A DNA stretch of 33,622 nt from Octopus bimaculoides (lineage: Eukaryota), in contig NC_068999.1 of assembly GCF_001194135.2 (NCBI RefSeq), positions 44,311,431-44,345,052 on the forward strand, given 5' to 3'. The notes beneath the pieces were generated by a model. That model was given only the letters and a program-made list of their open reading frames with translations. It had not been told where the DNA came from and ran no database searches. Both the position numbers and the translations under genes were made by a program. Positions 11,936 to 23,258 of the stretch are shown in pieces; the first letter of the stretch is position 1, and each line of letters begins with the position of its first letter.

Positions 11936-12737
11936 TAAGCATGTTTTTTTAATACCCATCTATCTACGTGCATATCTATCATTATCAATGTCTCTCTTAT
12001 TTCAACAAATATTGTGTGTGTGCAAATGTATGTATACCTCCAATGGTGGCTAGAAATATCGTTATTAGCGGTGGTGCTGCCGCTAGTGGTGTATTTGAGA
12101 TTGTGTCGGTCGTAGTTGCAATGATGCTTTTTGAGCAGACGATATGGCGATGTGGGTTGCAGCTTTGACGGTAGGGCGGGTGCGGCTGCGTATTTCTGCT
12201 ATCTGTTGTCCATAATTACGATCTGCCAGCAAACGGTTGCTCGCCTAAGAGAAGCATCGGGATTTGTGGACCACACGCATATATATATGAAGAGAGAGAC
12301 AGAGAGAGATAGAAATACAGAGACACAGACAGAGAAAGAGAGCGATTTTCGCTTTTCTGTGATTAGAATCCAACATTCTTATGATTGGAACAGTGATTAC
12401 ATATTTTTCCAAAGAGTTCGCTTTATCATTGAGCCAAAATCTTAATTCGTTACACTCTACTAAACATTTGTGCAAGTAGAATGCATACGTGGCTCCTGTA
12501 TGCATATAATATGCGCATATTTACATCATGTAGATTTCTGTGTGCATGATACAACTACGCTATATAAACACACACATACACACACATGCACACTCATATA
12601 TAATATATGTATATGCATATAAATATTAGATAGAGAGAGAGAGAAAGTATTGAAGTGTATAAATTATTTTTATAATATACATATATACATATATATATAT
12701 CTATGTTTATATATATGTAATTTCCCATAAACATTTA

Positions 12738-12790
<53 letters not shown>

Positions 12791-14260
12791 AATGTATATG
12801 CATGTGCTTATCTGATACCAAGAATACGTTTGTCTACAAAAACTATGTCCGTGTTTTTATTGAATACAACAAAAAAGCATATAAATTCGTGTAATATAAT
12901 TCGATATCTGTGGACATGTGTGTATAAGTGTGTGAGTGTGTGTGTTTGTATGTGTCCGTCTTTGTTTGTCTGTTCGTGTTCAACTCTGTGTGTGTATGTA
13001 TATATATTTCTATGAGCGTGTATATGTGTGGACAAGAATATTAAGCTTGTTTCGATGCATCGGTTTCAAAAAAGAAAAAAAAAACAAGCTGAAAAATTCG
13101 TAAACAGAATTATGCTCTATTTATCGGGTTTGATATCACACTCCACCAAAGCTGACGTGCTTTCTGAGATGGATAATAATAATTTCTGTTAACTAAAATG
13201 TGATTTAGAAGCTGTCCATTCATGCTGAACTCGGAATGCAAATATTCGTAGTTGCAACACTCATTGAAAGAACAAATATTGCTTTCCATGAGACGCATCT
13301 TTGCGTTTCCTCTGTAAATACGTTTATATCAACAGCACCAGACCAACATCAAAGTTAAGCAAATATAGATATGTCGAAATCGTGATATACTGTCAATCAG
13401 GAGAAAAGACAAAACAAATATCTAAATATTTAAAACTACACATTGTTGCTTTTGTTAACATAGAGAATATAGAAAAAATAAGTGTGTTCGTGAAAAAAAT
13501 TAAAGCAAAATTAAAGCAAAAAAGGTACAGAAATAAATCGTCAAAATAATCGTTATCAAAACAGAACAGGACGAATATTGTTCAAGTAATGTTGTAACTC
13601 TCACCTATGTAAACCCTTCTTTTTAAATATTTGAATACCTTTTGTTCTTTTTTCTTTCCTTTGCTTCTATCTTTAAAATTGGATTCCATATATGACACGA
13701 CTTGAAGATATCGGTTGGAAATTGCGGTCAAATTTCTGTATAAAAATGGAAGTTGTATTATAAATCCATTCTCCACCTGATTATGGAAGAGCTTCCTTCT
13801 TAAAGATATATATTGTAGTATCGATTTTACAATATGTTACCGATTGTTCAAACATACCATAACTTTGGATGAGAACTACTAAACGTTCTTAGTGGAAAAG
13901 TACGTAACGATTTGGAAACTATTAAAAATGTGAATGATGTACTTTTCTTTCCCGACGATACAGACAAATTGCCACTTTTAAATAAGTCAATGAATTCATT
14001 AATTTTGTTTTTAATATTCGAGGCTCCGATGAAGCACTGAACTCTCTTATAGCAAGAACAACTGTAAGCTAATGAAGTTTATGAGATACATCATTCGTTT
14101 CTTTTGCCCTCTTTCTTTCTTATTTGAAAAAAATAATAGCAATGGCTTTTGTGATAATTCTTTCCGCTTTAATAAACTGATCTTTATAAATCATAATATG
14201 ATGATCAATCGTCGGTTTGTAAACACCAAATGATATATAAACATCAAATTATTGTTTTCT

Positions 14261-14437
14261 TTTCTACTCTTGGCAGAAGACCCGAAATTTTTGGGAAGAG
14301 GGATGGCAGTCGATTAGATCGACCCCAATTCGCAACTGGCATTTAATTTATCGACCCCGAAAAGATGAAAAGCAAAGTACAACTCGGCGAAATTTGAACT
14401 CAGAACGTAAAGACAGACGAAATACCGCTAAGCATTT
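14261..14437 (-). mobile_element. SINE family A, tail type 2, 5'-truncated
   Basis: tttctactcttggcagaagacccgaaattt...gtcgattagatcgacccc...aatttgaactcagaacgtaaagacagacgaaataccgctaagcattt. Confidence 0.9.
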
Positions 14438-14504
14438 TGTATATCAACAATAATAATAATAATACTGCTTATTACGAAATAACGTTAGCTTACCCTTAGT
14501 TCTG

Positions 14505-14539
<35 letters not shown>

Positions 14540-15549
14540 GCTTTAAATAGACCAACACATGGTTCTACTGCATCGATTAGTAACCGTTGCATATAAATAT
14601 ACATATATATATATACATACAACTTTATATTATGCAGACTCACATACACACACACACGAGCAAACACACATACTAGCACACACTTACACACTCACACACT
14701 TATATATATTGAGAAAGAGAGAGGCGGTAGGACATAGAGAGAGATACGCTGTCATATGTGGTGATTCATATTCACTCTTCAACCACAAACGCTATCAGAG
14801 ATCAATTATACAAGAGCATATTGATTACTAGTAATTTGATGGGTCATCTCAATATCCTTTAATATATTTTCTGTTTTGACATTGTGAATTCAAGATTAAC
14901 AACATAAACTATAAGTGATCATTAGGCTTAGCCTCTCGGCTTTCCTTTAGGCAATTCTCATAATATCGTCGTTGGAAACCATAGCAAATAAGATGTAAGC
15001 CGTTTTGGAAACCTGTGCAAAGGATTTTAGTTATCACCCCTAAGCGTTATACGTTTCAAGTATAGAAGAAAGCAAATAAGCCCGGCCAATATTAGGAAAT
15101 GTTGCTATATTGAGGATAGTGGTTATTTATGCAACCAAATGCATGTAAAATATTTGTTTACATTCGAAGAATACAACGTGGGAATATGCATGTTGAAATA
15201 ATATGTAATGATGAAAAGGACGAGAGATCTGGTGAAAACAGAATGATAATTTTTAGCATTTAAACATTTAAATGCTGAGAAGTTTGGGGGCATCCTTGTA
15301 AAATAAAACCCAAAACAAATTGCCCTTTTATTTTACCATAAAATCAGAATGATGTAAATGTCAAACATACATTAGGGAAAGCATAACTTTGATGGCACGG
15401 CAAATAAAATTTAGGTAAATGACATTTCAAACATAATATACAAAATAGGTTTAAACCTTCATATTTGCACATATTTCTTCGCCAAAACATTTAGAATATA
15501 TTTATATTTCAAAACATTAACGAGAAATTTTAATGTTAAAGCATCATAG

Positions 15550-15591
15550 TAATAATAATAATAATAATAATGATAGTACTGATAGTAATAC

Positions 15592-15690
<99 letters not shown>
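15550..15690. repeat. (AAT)n microsatellite
   Basis: Read directly from the sequence. Confidence 0.95.
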
Positions 15691-16075
15691 GTGTTTTAGC
15701 TGATAATTCACCCGAGAGATATCTCTAAGTGAAACATATATTTAGTGAAACTCTAGGCTATATGTTAAAAGCATGGTGATGCTCATTCATTTCTTCGTTA
15801 TTTTTGTATATCTTATATTATTGTATCCTTAATTTCTGGTAAATATAGTACTTCATTAATTCTAAAACATTCTGGATATAGTTTGCATTTACTGAATATA
15901 TATAAACCGAAAGTATTAACTGAAAACCAAGACAGCACGCTTGTAGATAATTTCGTAAATAAATTTAAATACATGCATACAACTTTAGCAAAGACATACT
16001 TATACGCGTTGTGCAAATAAATCTTGATTATCACTAGTGAAACTGATTCGACTCTTTCAAGGTTCCTTTTAGAAA

Positions 16076-16076
16076 C

Positions 16077-16173
<97 letters not shown>

Positions 16174-16227
16174 TAACTTTCTTTATTGGCCACACAGGAT
16201 AGATAAATAGATAGATACATACATACA

Positions 16228-16261
<34 letters not shown>

Positions 16262-16281
16262 CATACATACATACATACATA
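16076..16281. repeat. (GATA)n-(GA)n-(CATA)n compound microsatellite
   Basis: Read directly from the sequence. Confidence 0.95.
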
Positions 16282-17205
16282 GTGATGGAGTGGGAGGTTT
16301 AACCGGAGGGCTATTTGCATAGCAGGAGGCAAAATGTTAGATTATTCAATATATGCTTATAACTACATATATACATAAATTTATTTATGCATATTACATA
16401 AACAACATTTTATGTAAATTTTACGACGCGATTCAATATCGCCTGGTTGCAGACTCAAATTTCTGCTGCTAAAAGCTCTTTCAAAATAACGATTTCAAAA
16501 TAATTTCAGAAAAGAAAAATAATTGCGCAATTTAGTTACAAGGAAAATAAGCTGTTGTGACATTCATGCCTTTCTGAAGAGTATTGCTGAGTTTGTTTCT
16601 TCTTCACAGAATCATTAGTTCTAGAGGCAGTGGTCTTCTCATATAGGGTCATAGTGTATAAAAGAACGCACAGACAGACACGCACACGCACAAACATAAA
16701 TACATACACTGATACGCACATATGCATGCAAAAGAAACACACACATATATATCGTTAGTAAACGGGAATCGTTTGGTTTGTTAGAACGATGAATACTGCG
16801 GTATCCGTCTTGAGGTTTTCGTCTCGTATAGACTCATGGTGTATAAAAGAAAACACAGACACGCGCCCTCGCACACACACACATCCACACACTCGCACAC
16901 ATATTGACTAAATGTCATTGCCTTAATTTTGTGTATAATTTTGGGGGCAGCAATTTTTTTTTTAGATTATTTAAATTGACTACAGTTTCCGCTTATGTTA
17001 TCATTTCATTTTTTCGGGTTTTTTTTACGTTATACCATCTATTTTTTGATTACATTAACAATATTTCTGCAAACATAATAAAGATAATGAACCTTTAAAA
17101 ATATATGAAGCAACTTCACTTAATTGGGGTACAATTCTCCTTAATGGTACTAACCTAGCGGGCATTGACAGCGTTAAAAACAAAAATCAGCTTTCAAACG
17201 AGCAA

Positions 17206-17220
17206 GACAACAACAACAAC

Positions 17221-17276
<56 letters not shown>

Positions 17277-17292
17277 CGACGTCGACGACGAC

Positions 17293-17339
<47 letters not shown>

Positions 17340-17366
17340 CGACGTTGATGATGATGATGGTGATGA
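17206..17366. repeat. (AAC)n-(AAT)n-(GAC)n-(GAT)n compound trinucleotide tract
   Basis: Read directly from the sequence. Confidence 0.95.
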
Positions 17367-17411
17367 TACCAATAGTAAAATATTATCGTATATATTTTAT
17401 TCCACTCCCTT

Positions 17412-17535
17412 GCGTCTCGAATGTGCATTTCGTCCGGGAAGGGTTTGGTAGGGCGGATCCAGACCAAGTTGGAGGAGCTTCAACTTCTGAAAGTTCTGTT
17501 TATATACTGCATTATACATCAGCAAGTACTCTGCA
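17412..17535 (+). pseudogene. hAT-superfamily (SPIN/Charlie/GTF2IRD2-like) transposase fragment
   Basis: MCISSGKGLVGRIQTKLEELQLLKVLFIYCIIHQQVLC contains the hAT CxxH signature (H)CIIHQQALC, preceded by the G.GLVGRI segment that follows the catalytic DGA motif. Confidence 0.8.
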
Positions 17536-17645
17536 ATCACAGCTGCGGAGGTGGAGGAGGCTCTTGCAGACTGCAGCACGGACAAGTTGCTGGGGCTATA
17601 TGGTCTTCCCTAGGGGTTATAGTATGCCAGACTTGTTCAGGTACC
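17536..17645 (+). pseudogene. L1/Tx1-type LINE ORF2 fragment (linker just upstream of RT)
   Basis: ITAAEVEEALADCSTDKLLGLYGLP* then, frameshifted, YSMPDLF. It resembles the PIT..EV..AL.....KSPGLDGLPYE.Y..M.DLF motif. A stop and a frameshift are present. Confidence 0.65.
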
Positions 17646-17707
17646 CGCAATCTTGTAGGATATTAAACTGTAATTTGTTTAGTTTCAAATGCATAAATAT
17701 GTTCATA

Positions 17708-18105
17708 TTTCTCTTTTATCCTTTACTTGTATCAGTCATTAGACTGCGGCCATGCTGGGGCATTGCCTTGACGAATTTCTATTCGAAAGAATCGAAGACG
17801 GTAGTTATTGTTTTTAAGCCTGGAACTAATTCTATTCGTCCCTTTTGCCGCACCAGTGGCCAAGCGGTGATGGAGAAAGAAACACAGATACAAAGACATT
17901 CATACACACGCACACAGAAACTTACATACACACAAACACATATACACACACATATATATATACGGGCTTCTTTCAGTTTCCGTCTACCAAGCCCACCCAA
18001 AAAGCTTTGCACGGTCCCAGACTATAGTAAGAAGAAAACTGCCCAAAGATCCAAACAGTGGGATAGAACCCGCAACCATGTGGTTGGGAACGCACTTGTT
18101 TATAC
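17708..18105 (-). mobile_element. SINE family B (about 400 bp, tRNA-like head, internal CA/TA microsatellite)
   Basis: The minus-strand head gcgttcccaaccacatggttgcgggttctatcccactg matches the plus-strand head fragment at 25259. The body has ggtagacggaaactgaaagaagcccg and the tail ccccagcatggccgcagtctaatgactgatacaagtaaagg. The full extent partly rests on recall of an octopus repeat. Confidence 0.75.
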
Positions 18106-18189
18106 CTCTGTATCTGTTTTACAAACTTTTCAGCTTTTTAAGACTGCGAGAGAGTACGCTTAAAGCGAAATCGCAATATTTCAAGACCG

Positions 18190-18335
18190 TTTCAAATTCC
18201 ATCGGGGTTGACTTTGCCTTTCATCCTTTCGGGGGCCGATACATTAAATACCAGTTGCGTACTGGGGTCGATCTAATCGACTGCCCTCCACCACCAAAAG
18301 AAATTTCGGGCCTTGTACCCAGAGTAAAAAAGAAT
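18190..18335 (+). mobile_element. SINE family A, tail type 2, partial
   Basis: ttcaaattcc...gactttgcctttcatcctttcggggg...ccagttgcgtactggggtcgatctaatcgac...aaatttcgggccttgtacccagagtaaaaa. Confidence 0.85.
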
Positions 18336-19950
18336 ATTTCAAGAGCGTGAATCTCTCAAACAAAATCCACGTATTTGTGTTGTACTTGGATAATTCGCAA
18401 GCGAAATTCATTAACACTACATCTGCAAACTTCTCAATGAATCCGCCGCGAATGATTGCTCTTCTGGTGTTACGTCTTTAAATTTTGGCAATCATGAATA
18501 CATTTTTGAGTCTCACTTTCTACATATATATATATGTGTGTGTGTATATTCATCATGGATTACCATACTTTGTTGTCGCGTTCCTGTTTGATGTGGGTTT
18601 ATAGGAATTGCAACGCATTGCTCTGTAGGTGTATGCGTGTGTGTTTCTAGATTTGTACATACGCCTGCATTTTTTATTGTTTTATTTCGTTATTGATCTC
18701 TCATCTGCGTTTGTATTTAATGTATGGTATCAATGGATAAATGTGTGCGGTTATTGATGTTGGGGATGCCTTCTTGCTTAACAGACGGTAAGTGACAATG
18801 ACAGAATATTATATAATACACGAGTTAAAATATAAAGGCCTGATGCACACATAACTAACGTTAGATAGTTAGATGGATTTTAAATAGCAGAAACTATATG
18901 TACACAACGAATCTGATAAACATGGCAGATATCACGAAAGAAATTCAATGTGAAAGGAAAATAATGTCATAGATGGCACCCATAGGAAGGTGTAGTGCAG
19001 TATGTCTCACTGTCATCTTCAATTCTTCTGTTTTTATGTATGCAGAATATATATGTATGTTTGTGCGTGTGAGCATGTGTGTGTGCGTATGCCTGTGTTC
19101 GCGTGTGTGCGTGTGCTGTGTGTATCATATANNNNNNNNNNNNNNNNNNNNNNNNNNNNNNNNNNNNNNNNNNNNNNNNNNNNNNNNNNNNNNNNNNNNN
19201 NNNNNNNNNNNNNNNNNNNNNNNNNNNNNNNNNNNNNNNNNNNNNNNNNNNNNNNNNNNNNNNNNNNNNNNNNNNNNNNNNNNNNNNNNNNNNNNNNNNN
19301 NNNNNNNNNNNNNNNNNNNNNNNNNNNNNNNNNNNNNNNNNNNNNNNNNNNNNNNNNNNNNNNNNNNNNNNNNNNNNNNNNNNNNNNNNNNNNNNNNNNN
19401 NNNNNNNNNNNNNNNNNNNNNNNNNNNNNNNNNNNNNNNNNNNNNNNNNNNNNNNNNNNNNNNNNNNNNNNNNNNNNNNNNNNNNNNNNNNNNNNNNNNN
19501 NNNNNNNNNNNNNNNNNNNNNNNNNNNTATATATATATATATATATATGCATATATGACTAAATGTATGTGTATATGGTGTGTTTTGAATAATTGTGATC
19601 AATTGAAACGATATGGCTGAACCAACTTTAAATAAACCAAGTAGATCTTATCTTCAGACGTTGTTGGGACAGACAACGGGATATTTTAAAAGCTAATGAA
19701 TACACATGTAGGAAAGAGCTGCCACACTTCGATCCGTCATGCTTGAGCTGTGCAAAGAGGGTTCTAGTGGGGTTTTTTCCAGATCAATACGAAACCAACA
19801 TTGATGAGTGATTGATGAGCAAATGTAAAGGTGGATGGGAGGTGAAGATAAGAAAAGAAAACCTCTGAAATATACATTTATCCATGGAAAAATGAATTCA
19901 CATTCGTGAAGAGTTGCCATCGCGTTTCTACTACTACTACTACTACTACT

Positions 19951-19986
<36 letters not shown>

Positions 19987-19988
19987 GG

Positions 19989-20169
19989 CATCGAAAAATA
20001 CCTTAGGAATGAGAACCCAGGTTCGAAATCTCCCCAAGGCTGGAAGGTAGATCAGTCGAAAAGTTGTATTAACAACAAACAAGACGAGGACAAATATCCG
20101 TCAATTGTAAATAATGTAAATAATGTAAATGGTGTACGTAATTCCTCGTCTCTTAAATGTAGAACTGTA
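19989..20169 (+). mobile_element. Family D copy 2 (body only, ribozyme core deleted)
   Basis: Near-identical to 8667-8848 (catcgaaaaataccttaggaatgagaacccaggttcgaaat...aacaacaaacaaga.gaggacaaatatc...gtaaataatgtaaataatgta...ttcctc.tct.ttaaat.tagaac). It is also preceded by (AAT)n and lacks 13 nt (acacctgatgaag). Confidence 0.85.
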
Positions 20170-20419
20170 ATATTTTCATGACTTAGGAAATTCTCGTTCA
20201 TTCATCCTTATTTTTTTGGGGGNNNNNNNNNNNNNNNNNNNNNNNNNNNNNNNNNNNNNNNNNNNNNNNNNNNNNTCAATGCCATATTTTGTAGCTATTT
20301 TATTTGGGCTTAAGCACCAATTGAATCTTCTCGATTTAGCTATCTGCTTTTGCAGTTTTTAAAATATATATCGTCCTTCAGATATAAGCTCTCTTAATAT
20401 CGTCATCATCATCATCATA

Positions 20420-20451
<32 letters not shown>

Positions 20452-20923
20452 TAATCTTGTCTGTCGTCCTTAGTACAGTTTCTATCAATAGCAGAATTTA
20501 GATGCATTAGACATTTTACCTGTCGAGTAAAAGGGTGCATCATTGTTACAAATAGCATGGATCTCCTGTTGGCCATGATGTCACGATCGATATTTCAAAT
20601 GTTATTCCTTACGTAATGATCCCGTGATGTTCGCGTGCTGTCACGGTCTGTTCGATAAGCATTTATCGAGTTCAGTATTATGTTTCTATTTTTGATATTT
20701 AGTTTCTATGTTATAAATCTGCAAAGATTGAGTGCAGTTTTTGTTCAGAGTTCTACAAGAGATCCGTCTCGTATTGTACCAAATCCCATGACGACCAACG
20801 TTACTGAGAATACATTAAGAGATGTGGTTTTCTTCAACAAAGACTGATCTAAGTTCAATACTTTAGAAAGGTGTTCTTTTATCAGTTTGGTTCCCCTTGC
20901 ATGTGATATTATTATTATTTCCC

Positions 20924-21133
20924 TTTCTACTTTAAGCACAAGGACCGAAATTTTCGAGGAAGGGGTCTAGTCGATTAGATCGATCCCAGTTCGCAACTGG
21001 TACTTAATTTATGGACCATGAAAAGATGAATGGCAAAGTCGACATCGGCAGTATTTGAACTCAGAACGTAAAGACAGACGAAACACCGCTAAGTATTTCG
21101 CCCGGTGTGCTAACGGGTCTGCCAACTCATGCC
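20924..21133 (-). mobile_element. SINE family A, tail type 2, full length
   Basis: Runs from the tail tttctactttaagcacaaggaccgaaatttt through the core to the head atttcgcccggtgtgctaacgggtctgccaactc (reverse complement of gagctggcagaaacgttagcacgccgggcgaaat). Confidence 0.9.
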
Positions 21134-21204
21134 GGTACTTCCGTGCATCGATTAAAAGTAATAATCTCCATGTGTTAATCCCGGGGGTCGTGATTTAACG
21201 GTAT

Positions 21205-21481
21205 CCACATGACTAACGGATATTGGTGTACACCGCTGGCCACGATGCACAATGCATGCCATTTTAGTTATTCAATGATGCCACATGGCTGGCTAGGTGA
21301 GCAGGCCAGCAGTTTGCTCTGATCGGAAGACTATCCCGTCGAAGGGCTAACCATTGACAGCCGAGTGGACTGGAGCAGACTGAAATTAAGGGCTTCGCTC
21401 AAGAACACAACATATCGCCAGATCTGGGAATCGAAACCACGATCTGGCGATGGAGAGAGCAACAACTGGGCTGTATGCCTT
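21205..21481 (-). mobile_element. SINE family C, alternative tail (type 2), diverged
   Basis: It shares the head and core (gccgagtggactggagcag..tgaaattaagg..ttcgctcaagaacacaac...ggaatcgaaaccacgatc) with the 10216 and 10715 copies, but continues into a different 3' region (gggatagtcttccgatcagagcaaactgctggcctgctcacctagccagc...). The 3' boundary is approximate. Confidence 0.7.
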
Positions 21482-21792
21482 CAAGCACACATAAATAGCA
21501 TACATATGTGTGTTATTTCTTTACTATAGCATACATATGTGTGTGTCTGTGTGTGTATTTAGATATAAATACACACACGCATGTATGCATGCATTATGTG
21601 TACACGTGTGTTTCGTATGTGTGTGTGTATGCATGTGTGTGGGTGTTTGCGCTTTTGTATATGTGTGCGTTTAAGTGAGTGTGATTGTGTGCATATATGC
21701 GTTTGTGTGTGTACATGTGTGTGTATTTGTGTGTGTGTGTGCGTTTGTGTGTGTGTATGTGTGTGTGTGTTTGAGAGTGTGATTGTGTATGT

Positions 21793-21828
<36 letters not shown>

Positions 21829-22551
21829 CGACATGTGAAAAGCACACATTGCAGTTTATTCAACTCAACTGTAAATCTCAATCATTTGTCATCAGTCAGT
21901 GACATTTTTCAACCAAGTGAAATCTGAAATTTTATCAAGAAAAAAAACAAAGAAAAACAACCCCCCCCACACACACACAAAAAAAAAAACAACAAAATAA
22001 AACCCGAAATTCGATTTTTAAAAATATTTAAAACTTTAAAACCAACAACAGCAGCAACAACAAAAATCATACACAATGATAGAGAATGCCTAACCTGGCG
22101 CAGGTGAGACCGATAATAAGCAAGTCTCAAGAATTATACGATGGCAGCCACTGCGCTTCCTCTTCTTATCGCATGGCTGTCTCTCATAAATCATTTAACA
22201 TGGCTGACGCGTAGTAATACCTAATGAATTTCGTTTCTTTAAACTTCCTTTCTCTATCAGTCAGAGAACGTTCTCGCTTTCCCAACTTTTATATGTGCAT
22301 TTATAGTTTTTATTTGCTTATCTGTTTATTTGTTTTGTTTGTGTATTTTATTTGTTATGATTGTTTCGCTTTTATTTTTTTGTTTTTTTTTTGTTTTTGT
22401 TTTTAGCCGCTCTTTCCTGTTTCCTGTCCTTGTTTTGTTTTTTTTTGTTTTTTGTCTAATTTATAATTTATATTTTTTTAGTTTTTGTTTTTTTTTGGAA
22501 TTTTGTTTATATGTTTATATATTTATATTGTCTGTTGCCGATGCTGTTTCA

Positions 22552-22618
22552 GTTACTGCTGCTGCTGCTACTACTACTACTACTACTACTAATACTAATA
22601 ATAATAATAATAATAATG

Positions 22619-22672
<54 letters not shown>

Positions 22673-22783
22673 CTACTGCTGCTGCTACTGCTGCTACTGC
22701 TGCCCCTGCTGCGCTCCTGCTGCTAGTATTGCTGCTGCTGCCGCCTCCGCTACAGCGTATACTACCAGCACCGCTGCTGCAAA

Positions 22784-22846
<63 letters not shown>

Positions 22847-22900
22847 AGCTGATGCTGCTATTACTACTACTAACACTGCTGCTGTTGTTGCTGCTGCTAC
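22552..22900. repeat. (GCT)/(ACT)/(AAT) compound trinucleotide tract
   Basis: Read directly from the sequence. Confidence 0.9.
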
Positions 22901-23258
22901 AGACTTCTAAGTCCCAAACGAATCCCTCCTACTCTGCTCCAAACCACTATTCTACGCCCTCTCTCCCTCCTTCGTTCTTCCTCCTACTCCAAACACTTGT
23001 TCTATTCTTCATAGGATTCGTTGTTTAAGATTCGTATAACTCTTTCCTTCTTATACCGCTCCTATTTCCCCCCCCTTTTTTCTCCTCATCCTTATCCATT
23101 CTAAAGTATATTCATCAATGAACCCCTCTTGCAAAGCATCATGTCCTCCTGTTTCTACATCTATGCGTTGATATCTTATGTTATTTGTTATGTTTTTATG
23201 TGTATGTAGGTAAGCCTTTCGCATGTAAAAACACATCGTAATTAATTTCCTGTCTCAA

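Noticed and set aside
17165-18163. 332-aa ORF, the longest in the track
   Set aside because: It reads through a microsatellite, off-frame transposon fragments and an antisense SINE, so it has no coherent protein.
21889-21900. CTGATGA on the minus strand as a second hammerhead
   Set aside because: There is no stem II or GAAA at the required spacing.
22085-22224. MPNLAQ|GTGAGA micro-exon and a signal-peptide-like MAATALPLLIAWLSL ORF
   Set aside because: Both are very short, have no supporting downstream exon, and are expected by chance.
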